NCBI GenBank assembly: GCA_048938445.1
Contig: JBHLME010000048.1
Location: 1-31,056 of the forward strand
Origin: Promethearchaeota archaeon
Lineage (GTDB): Archaea; Asgardarchaeota; Lokiarchaeia; Sigyniarchaeales; SOKP01
Reading direction: 5' to 3'
DNA length: 31,056 nt
This document shows, piece by piece, positions 9,463 through 18,117 of the stretch. The notes under the pieces were generated by a model. The model did no database searches. It was not told where the DNA came from and saw nothing but the letters and a program-made list of their open reading frames with translations. Within the stretch, counting starts at the first letter, position 1; each line of letters opens with the position of its first letter. Made by a program: the position numbers and the translations under genes.

Positions 9463-10260
9463 TCATGCTCTTTCTGCTAAATCTTTCTTTAGCATTTGTA
9501 ATGTCCCGTAACCAATTGGATAAAGCCACGCTAATAAAGCGAAAAACATAAACCACTCATGAAATGGAAGTTGGCCATTAGAAATTATAAACAAGATTGC
9601 ATGAAGGGGTGGCCAAATAACCATTTCTAATCCAAGAATCACCAGTAAAATCCATGGAAGTTTCACATCAATGATTTTAAGGACTGTTTTTGGATAGAGA
9701 ATGAAGAATATTCCTATAAAAACTCCCGCCACAACCATTCCTCCAAAGACGACGATCGAGAAGATCATGTGTAAATCTTGGCCAAGAATTTGAAAACCAT
9801 ATGGTGCTAATAAACGACCCTCATCCTCCGAGAAAAATCCTACCCAAAACCAACCAATGATCCCTATTACCAAAAAAGTAAAACCACAATTAATCAAGAG
9901 CCACTTGAGGGTTTTACTCACTCGGCTATCCGCCTCATCTTTGTAACAGACATGTATCTTTTTATATAAATAGAACACTAAAGGTGTAAACAAGATTGCT
10001 TCGGACATCCATAATATATTGAGTAATACTGGAACAGAAGTATACCTTACTGAACCTAGGTCGCTAATATAATGAATGAATATATTATATCCATCCTTAA
10101 CCGTAGCAGGATCATAGAAGTGGGCTATGAGAACTGCAATTGCTACGAATAAAATCAAACTGATCAATCCAGCTATCATGGTTAGCTTGACACGTTTAGG
10201 TTCCGTAACATAGTCATAAAATTGATTTTTGCAGTTAATTATTTTTGTTTTTAATTCCAT
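9463..10260 (-). CDS. Multi-pass membrane protein, DUF998/Frag1-DRAM-like (tandem copy 2)
   Basis: Collinear paralogue of 8402..9202: 'HYISDLGSVRY', 'VGFFSEDEGRLLA', 'LHMIFS', 'FHEWFM'. Confidence 0.7.
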   Translation of the reverse strand: MELKTKIINCKNQFYDYVTEPKRVKLTMIAGLISLILFVAIAVLIAHFYDPATVKDGYNIFIHYISDLGSVRYTSVPVLLNILWMSEAILFTPLVFYLYKKIHVCYKDEADSRVSKTLKWLLINCGFTFLVIGIIGWFWVGFFSEDEGRLLAPYGFQILGQDLHMIFSIVVFGGMVVAGVFIGIFFILYPKTVLKIIDVKLPWILLVILGLEMVIWPPLHAILFIISNGQLPFHEWFMFFALLAWLYPIGYGTLQMLKKDLAERA

Positions 10261-10407
10261 TGTTTTCTCTCATTTTCGAAAATTGATAAATAATAATATA
10301 AATTAAATTACCTTACTAATAAATCTTAAATATTAATTTACAACTGGAAATTTTTTAAATAATATCACTATCTTTATCCAGATATTATTGAAATATGTAT
10401 CTAATTA

Positions 10408-10427
10408 CGTGAAAGGAGTGTTTCACG
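10408..10427. promoter_or_regulatory. Inverted repeat CGTGAAA-N6-TTTCACG, candidate operator
   Basis: Perfect 7-bp arms, unusually GC-containing for this spacer, between the divergent DUF998 pair and the 7-TM modules. Confidence 0.55.
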
Positions 10428-10516
10428 AAATAAAAAAGATTTTATATATGTATTTATTTAATCGTTGCATATACATATTTTAAAAGGATATATAAAACAA
10501 ATAGGGATTATTAAAA

Positions 10517-11269
10517 ATGGAAGATACAATCACGGATTTTTTAATCTTAATAATGATGTTTGTTCAATTTTTCTTAGCACTTATATTAATATATAAAGCA
10601 GTAAAATCTAAAATCCAATCAATATGGTTATTAGTATTCCATTCATTTGTTCAAGCCATTATATTCCTCCAACTTTTACGAACACCATTTTTAGATTTGG
10701 GAATTTTGTTATCTTATACAGCAGGTATTTCTTATTTGCTTGCCGTGTTTTTTATTCATAATACTTTTTATAAAGGACAAAAACGAGTATATCCCCTCCA
10801 TGTACTAATTATCATACTAAGTACAATTAATACTATTGTCTCTATTTATGATCCATATCCCTTTTTTCAACATCCCGTCTCTCCGCATGTATTTGTATGG
10901 GCTAATTTTTCTTTAGCAGCAATTCCTAACTATTGGTGTGCTTATGTGATTTTAAAAAAATATTTTGCATTTAGAGATAAAACCATCCAACCGTGGATAA
11001 AGATGAGATATTTAATTGCTGGTATCTCTCATTTATCATGGGCACATCTAGGAATAGGAATTATGGTAGGTGTTTATGCAGATATTCTATTACTTTTCTC
11101 ACCGATCTGGACAGCAACAACCATAACGATTTTTACAATTGGATATTTTATAGCATGGGTAATGCCCGAACCTCTAAAGAAATTTTTCAATAGGAAATAT
11201 GAACATGGTGAAGAGAAAGAGATGTCTGAGGAAGAAATCATGCAATTAATAAAGGAGGAAAGTTCTTGA
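10517..11269 (+). CDS. Uncharacterised 7-TM membrane protein (module copy 1)
   Basis: Seven hydrophobic stretches by eye, basic loops after TM1/3/5, post-TM7 'MPEPLKKFFNRKY' and acidic tail 'SEEEIMQLIK'. Confidence 0.75.
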   Translation: MEDTITDFLILIMMFVQFFLALILIYKAVKSKIQSIWLLVFHSFVQAIIFLQLLRTPFLDLGILLSYTAGISYLLAVFFIHNTFYKGQKRVYPLHVLIIILSTINTIVSIYDPYPFFQHPVSPHVFVWANFSLAAIPNYWCAYVILKKYFAFRDKTIQPWIKMRYLIAGISHLSWAHLGIGIMVGVYADILLLFSPIWTATTITIFTIGYFIAWVMPEPLKKFFNRKYEHGEEKEMSEEEIMQLIKEESS

Positions 11270-11538
11270 GTGAAAGCATGATTACATTACTTGGAATTGA
11301 ATTATCGAAACTAATTAACATTGAACTTATTGCTTCAAAAGGAATAATTTTATTAGCAACTAAAGATGAATATGGTTCTATTAAGGATTTAACCATTGAT
11401 AAACTTCAACTTGTTTTATCCAATACTCTAAAAAATCGTTTGAATAAGCTTGGCATTCCAAATATTGATCAAATTATAGCACATTTAGATAATACAATAA
11501 TAAAAAATCAATCTATTCTCACAATGGCAAGCTTTTAA
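11266..11538 (+). CDS. 90-aa soluble helical protein coupled to the 7-TM gene (copy 1)
   Basis: TTG start overlaps the upstream TGA (TTGA), with GGAGG just upstream. 69/90 residues identical to 12567..12839 by manual count. Confidence 0.8.
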   Translation: MSESMITLLGIELSKLINIELIASKGIILLATKDEYGSIKDLTIDKLQLVLSNTLKNRLNKLGIPNIDQIIAHLDNTIIKNQSILTMASF

Positions 11539-11811
11539 TTTGCCAGGATTACATTTTCTCTATTGCATTAATGATTAAATCTCATTTTTAATTTTTGATT
11601 TATTAATTATCAAAGAATTCAAAAAAGAGCTTGATATATAAAAATAAACTCCATTGACAAATTTTAAAAATTTCTCAAGATATTTAACATTTAGGATTGC
11701 TATTTTTCTTTTATATAAATACTAATAATAATTAAGATATAATTTTAAATAGAGAATAATTCTTTATTTTATAAAATTAAAAAGTTATTATCTAAGAGGT
11801 TAAGATTTATA

Positions 11812-12570
11812 GTGGAGCAAGTAATAAATAATACAATAGTAATAATAGCATTTATTCAATTTATTTTAGCACTTATTTTGATTAATAAAGCAGTAAAAAC
11901 GAAGATTCAAGTAATATGGTTATTAGTTTTTGATTCATTTGCTCAAGCACTTATCTTCCTTTCTTTTGCAAAATTTATAGATCTTGGTTTTCTTTTTATT
12001 TCTATTGTTGGTATGTCTCATTTATTAATCGTGATATTTGTTCATGAGACTTTTTATAAAGGACAAAAACGAGTATATTTCATATACTTATTAATTATTA
12101 TACCGTGTGTTATTGGATATATCTTAAATCTTTTTGATGACTCAATGTCATATACAAATCCTATCTCAACATATATATTTGCATGGTATAATTTCATACT
12201 TACATCAAGTCCTCATTTTTGGTGTTCTTACGTCATCTTGAAGCAATATCTTGTATTTAGAAATAAAGACATCCAACCCTGGATAAAGATGAGATATTTA
12301 ATTGCGGGAAGTTCTCACATATCCTGGGGGATTCTTGGAATATATACATTATTTCATTGGTATTTTTTTTTGAATATAGGTTACATATCAATAACATATG
12401 CATCTATGGTGTTTTCTATTGCAATAACCATTTTTACCATAGGATATTTTATAGCGTGGGTGATGCCAGAACCTTTAAAAAAGTTTTTCAATAGAAACTA
12501 TGAAATTAGCGATGACAAAGAGCTGTCTGAAGAAGAGATCATGCAAATAATAAAGAAGGGTCGATCATGA
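11812..12570 (+). CDS. Uncharacterised 7-TM membrane protein (module copy 2)
   Basis: GTG start. Paralogue of 10517..11269 sharing 'TFYKGQKRVY', 'IQPWIKMRYLIAG', 'ITIFTIGYFIAWVMPEPLKKFFNR' and 'SEEEIMQ'. Confidence 0.75.
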   Translation: MEQVINNTIVIIAFIQFILALILINKAVKTKIQVIWLLVFDSFAQALIFLSFAKFIDLGFLFISIVGMSHLLIVIFVHETFYKGQKRVYFIYLLIIIPCVIGYILNLFDDSMSYTNPISTYIFAWYNFILTSSPHFWCSYVILKQYLVFRNKDIQPWIKMRYLIAGSSHISWGILGIYTLFHWYFFLNIGYISITYASMVFSIAITIFTIGYFIAWVMPEPLKKFFNRNYEISDDKELSEEEIMQIIKKGRS

Positions 12571-12839
12571 GTGAAAGCATGATTTCATTACTTGGAATAG
12601 AATTAGCGAAATATATTAACGTTAGCCCAATTGCTTCAAGAAGTATTATTTTATTAGCTATTAAAGATGAATATGGATCTATAGGTGATTTAAACATTGA
12701 TAAACTGCAACTTGTTTTGTCTAATGCTCTGAAAATTCGTTTAAATAAACTTGGTATTCCTGATATTGATACAATTATAGAAGATTTAGAAAAAGCTCTC
12801 ATAAAAAATCAATCTATTCTCACAATGGCAAGTTTTTAA
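12567..12839 (+). CDS. 90-aa soluble helical protein coupled to the 7-TM gene (copy 2)
   Basis: ATGA start/stop overlap with the upstream gene; C-terminus IKNQSILTMASF identical to copy 1. Confidence 0.8.
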   Translation: MSESMISLLGIELAKYINVSPIASRSIILLAIKDEYGSIGDLNIDKLQLVLSNALKIRLNKLGIPDIDTIIEDLEKALIKNQSILTMASF

Positions 12840-13005
12840 TCTTATTAATTTACTTTTCTTTATTAAGTCCATGTTTTCATTTAAGAAGTTGAACAATTAT
12901 TCTCCCATACAATTCATTTTAGAATGAGTATCATTTAAAAGAAAATATATTTTACGATTTACTAAAATATTAATTACATTATTTAGATATAATATTCTGA
13001 TTCTA

Positions 13006-13962
13006 ATGATGATAAATAATGATCAATTACCCAAAGCTATAAAGGTAATTTTAACGGGATTAGATAATGCAGGTAAGACATCAATCATAAATATCTTATT
13101 AAGAAATAAAGAAGAATTAAGCAATCCCAAGCCTACGAGAGGCGCGAAAGTTAGGGATTATCCATTTTTAGGGATGAATATAGCAGAATGGGACCTTGGT
13201 GGACAAAAAGTATACCGTAAAGCCTATTTAAACAAACAACCTGAAATAATTTTTGGTAATGCTAAAGCTATAATACACGTAGTTGATATTCAAGATGAGA
13301 AGCGCATTGAAGATTCGATGGATTATTTAGTAGATATTTATGAAAAGTTGATTGAACTGAAGGTAAAGCCAACAATTTATATCTTTTTCCATAAGTATGA
13401 TCCCGTGTCAATGATTGGATCCCAATCAGATCTTAATAATCATTCCTTGCTAATAAGAAACGCAGTTAAAAAGCTACTGAATTATCCCAAAATAGAATTT
13501 TACAGGACATCTATTTATGACTTTCAAATGATAAATATGGCAATGTCGAAAATCTTGTTAAGTTATATTCCCAGGTCCGATTTAATTGAAAATACGATTA
13601 AGCAGTTTAGTACGGATTTAAATTTTGAAGGTTTAGAACTTATAGATGAAAATTCATTGATTTTAGGTTCTTTTTATCTTAATAAATTCAGTAAAGAACT
13701 AATGAATTCAGTCACCCCTTTTTTCTTAGAAGTAAATGAAATCTTAGAAAAAGTCCCTTTTTCTCAACCCAATCAAGATGAAATCGAAGATGAGATGTTA
13801 ATAAGGAAATTTGGAAGGTATTTTCTATTTAAAAAATTTGCTTTAAGAGAAGATGGTTCAAATTTTTACTTTTTAGGCTGCAAGCGTGATTCAGATTTTA
13901 AAAAAGAGGACTTTTTAGTATTTGTTAATTTAATAAGAGAAATGTTAGTACAAATTTTATAA
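13006..13962 (+). CDS. Ras-superfamily small GTPase (Arf/Rag-like) with a C-terminal roadblock/longin-like domain
   Basis: G1 GLDNAGKT, G2 PTRG, G3 WDLGGQ, G4 HKYD, G5 TSIY, then a ~130-aa C-terminal alpha/beta extension ('LELIDENSLILG'). Confidence 0.88.
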   Translation: MMINNDQLPKAIKVILTGLDNAGKTSIINILLRNKEELSNPKPTRGAKVRDYPFLGMNIAEWDLGGQKVYRKAYLNKQPEIIFGNAKAIIHVVDIQDEKRIEDSMDYLVDIYEKLIELKVKPTIYIFFHKYDPVSMIGSQSDLNNHSLLIRNAVKKLLNYPKIEFYRTSIYDFQMINMAMSKILLSYIPRSDLIENTIKQFSTDLNFEGLELIDENSLILGSFYLNKFSKELMNSVTPFFLEVNEILEKVPFSQPNQDEIEDEMLIRKFGRYFLFKKFALREDGSNFYFLGCKRDSDFKKEDFLVFVNLIREMLVQIL

Positions 13963-13967
13963 CTTCA

Positions 13968-14747
13968 TTATTGATTCTTCTCTTGAAGATATCGGGCAAA
14001 AATATTCATGTACAGACATTCTTCAGGGGCCATTTCGGTTTTAGTTTGAGGATTACTCGTGAATTCAACATTAACATCCCTAATTATTACAACAGGCGTC
14101 TGTTGGTTTCCTTCACCAAGGAGAAATTGTGCAGCACTTGCTAAATCATCTGCTACGGCTCGTTTCGTTATTTCTAAATGTCTATTATATAGATCTGGTT
14201 GACCAATACAATCTTCAATTGGTTCGAATCCCGCTGTTGCGATTGCAATTCCGATGGTTCCAACTCTAAGAGGTTGAACTCGAGAATCTGCTATTAAAAT
14301 ACCTAAATCCTTAACGCTAAATTCATTTTTCAAAATTTTCCAATAATCCCAAACAACAGTTTTGAGATCCGATGGTAATAAAACTACATTATTTAGACCT
14401 GCATTTGATTGATCAATACCAGCATTCGCAATGAGGAAATCATGTGTTTTAGCAAGAATCACGTGTTGCATCCCTCCCAATATCATGGAAGATTCCTGTA
14501 GGATCAATTCTACAAATCGTTCATCCATGTCATATTCTTTGGCTAAGTCTTTAGCTTTATTTGAAATCTGTTTAACGTCTTTTAGATTTATTACTCTTCC
14601 TTGGGATGTAGCAATCACTTTTTCTGAGAATACAACAATATCTTTTTCCTTTAGCTCTATATCTAACTCATTTAACTTTTTAATTAGAATTTCTAATAGT
14701 GGATCATTTTTTTTTATCAATGGTAGCTTGAGTGAAAATAATTGCAT
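13968..14747 (-). CDS. cofE: Coenzyme F420:L-glutamate ligase (CofE) family protein
   Basis: 'DIVVFSEKVIATSQGR', 'ANAGIDQSN', 'LIADS', 'GIAIA.AGF', 'DLYNRHLEIT..AVADDLASAA', 'GEGNQQTPVVIIR'. Confidence 0.9.
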   Translation of the reverse strand: MQLFSLKLPLIKKNDPLLEILIKKLNELDIELKEKDIVVFSEKVIATSQGRVINLKDVKQISNKAKDLAKEYDMDERFVELILQESSMILGGMQHVILAKTHDFLIANAGIDQSNAGLNNVVLLPSDLKTVVWDYWKILKNEFSVKDLGILIADSRVQPLRVGTIGIAIATAGFEPIEDCIGQPDLYNRHLEITKRAVADDLASAAQFLLGEGNQQTPVVIIRDVNVEFTSNPQTKTEMAPEECLYMNIFARYLQEKNQ

Positions 14748-14949
14748 GTCACGAAAAAAAATTTTACTTTTCTTAAATCAATTCCGCTAATAATGCATAG
14801 AAAAGAATAAATTTTTATGGAACTTTAAATCCAAATACAATATTTAATTTCTATGATTTAAATTTTAATAATCTGATAATCATTAGATACCTTTAATAGA
14901 TATACCCAATTTTTTATACATGTTAATATAATCTTTAGTTTTTCTAAAA

Positions 14950-15825
14950 ATGAATGCAATTAACGCGAATTTTTTTAATGGTTCTCTTAAAATTGGTGAT
15001 AATCATCCAACAATTATTATGGGCGTTTTAAATTTAAGTCCAGAATCATTTTATAGAGGTTCAGTTTATGAAAAGCCTCAAGCTTTAGAAAAAGCTACTA
15101 AAAACATGATTAATAATGGCGCCACAATTTTAGATTTAGGTGCGCGATCTACGGCACCCTGGTCACAAAAAATATCAATTAAGGAAGAACTCGATCGATT
15201 GGTCCCTGCAATGGATAGCGTCTGCAGGATAATTCCCAAAAATATAGTAATTTCAATTGATACACAGTATTCTTCTGTTGCTAAAGAAGCGTATGAAATT
15301 TCTTTGAAACATGATAAGAATGTAATTATTAATGATGTTAGTTGTTTAAAAACAGATCCATCACTTACGGATTTTATAATTGAAAGCCAGATCCCAATAA
15401 TTTTAATGGCATCAAGAAAAATTCCAGGGGATTTATGCACATTAGAAGAAATAATTAAAGAATTTGAAATAACAATTCAAAATCTAAAAAATAATGGGTA
15501 TGATGAGAAATTAATAATTTTAGACCCTGGTATTGGTAAATGGATAAAGGAAAAAACCCATGAATATGATTTAAAAATTATTAGCAATTTAGAAAAACTC
15601 AGAATCCTTGAAAAACCAATATTAGTTGCAATTTCGAGAAAATCTTTTATTGGTACGACCTTAAATATTCCAGAACCTGAAAATAGACTCAATGGTACTC
15701 TTGCTGCAACCACGATAGCTATTTATAATGGTGCTCATATCGTTCGAACTCATGATGTTAACTCCCAATTATTAGAAATGGTAAAAATAGCAGAAGAAAT
15801 TAAAAAAAATAAGCAATCCTTATGA
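14950..15825 (+). CDS. folP: Dihydropteroate synthase (archaeal-type motif variants)
   Basis: 'IMGVLNLSPESFY', 'LDLGARSTAP', 'SIDT', 'IINDVS', 'ILDPGIG', 'ISRKSFIG', 'IVRTHDV'. Confidence 0.92.
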   Translation: MNAINANFFNGSLKIGDNHPTIIMGVLNLSPESFYRGSVYEKPQALEKATKNMINNGATILDLGARSTAPWSQKISIKEELDRLVPAMDSVCRIIPKNIVISIDTQYSSVAKEAYEISLKHDKNVIINDVSCLKTDPSLTDFIIESQIPIILMASRKIPGDLCTLEEIIKEFEITIQNLKNNGYDEKLIILDPGIGKWIKEKTHEYDLKIISNLEKLRILEKPILVAISRKSFIGTTLNIPEPENRLNGTLAATTIAIYNGAHIVRTHDVNSQLLEMVKIAEEIKKNKQSL

Positions 15826-16078
15826 GAATTTAAGAGAAGAAAATCTTGAAAAATCTGTTAAGTTGCACTTTAAACGAGGAAATTTGATGCAAAATATTAA
15901 AAAATACTTATTATAATTGACTTATTTCATAATTCCGAATTAAATCTCTTGTTTTTAATAGTTTCAAGGAGATAAAAATAGTGACATAATATTATAAGGG
16001 TAGAATTACTTATATATAGTGTAAAATGATAAAATTTCATTTTGAATGATTTATTTTATATTTACGAATTACAACTAA

Positions 16079-18085
<2,007 letters not shown>

Positions 18086-18117
18086 TTAATATTCTTAAAT
18101 TATTTAATTGAGTAAAA

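Larger units (their letters stand above)
10517..12839 (+). repeat. Diverged tandem duplication of a two-gene unit (period about 1.3 kb)
   Basis: 10517-11538 and 11812-12839 are collinear. They include an exact 32-nt match, 11500-11531 = 12801-12832. Confidence 0.9.

Noticed and set aside
10517-12570. 7-TM proteins as microbial rhodopsins or true class A GPCRs
   Set aside because: There is no Lys in the predicted TM7 for a retinal Schiff base, and no DRY or NPxxY motifs. Only the topology is GPCR-like.
4541-15825. Selenocysteine read-through at TGA-ending ORFs (selenoproteins are known in Lokiarchaeia)
   Set aside because: The TGA stops fall at natural protein ends of families that are not selenoproteins, and two are explained by start/stop coupling. 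I recognised no SECIS-like element.
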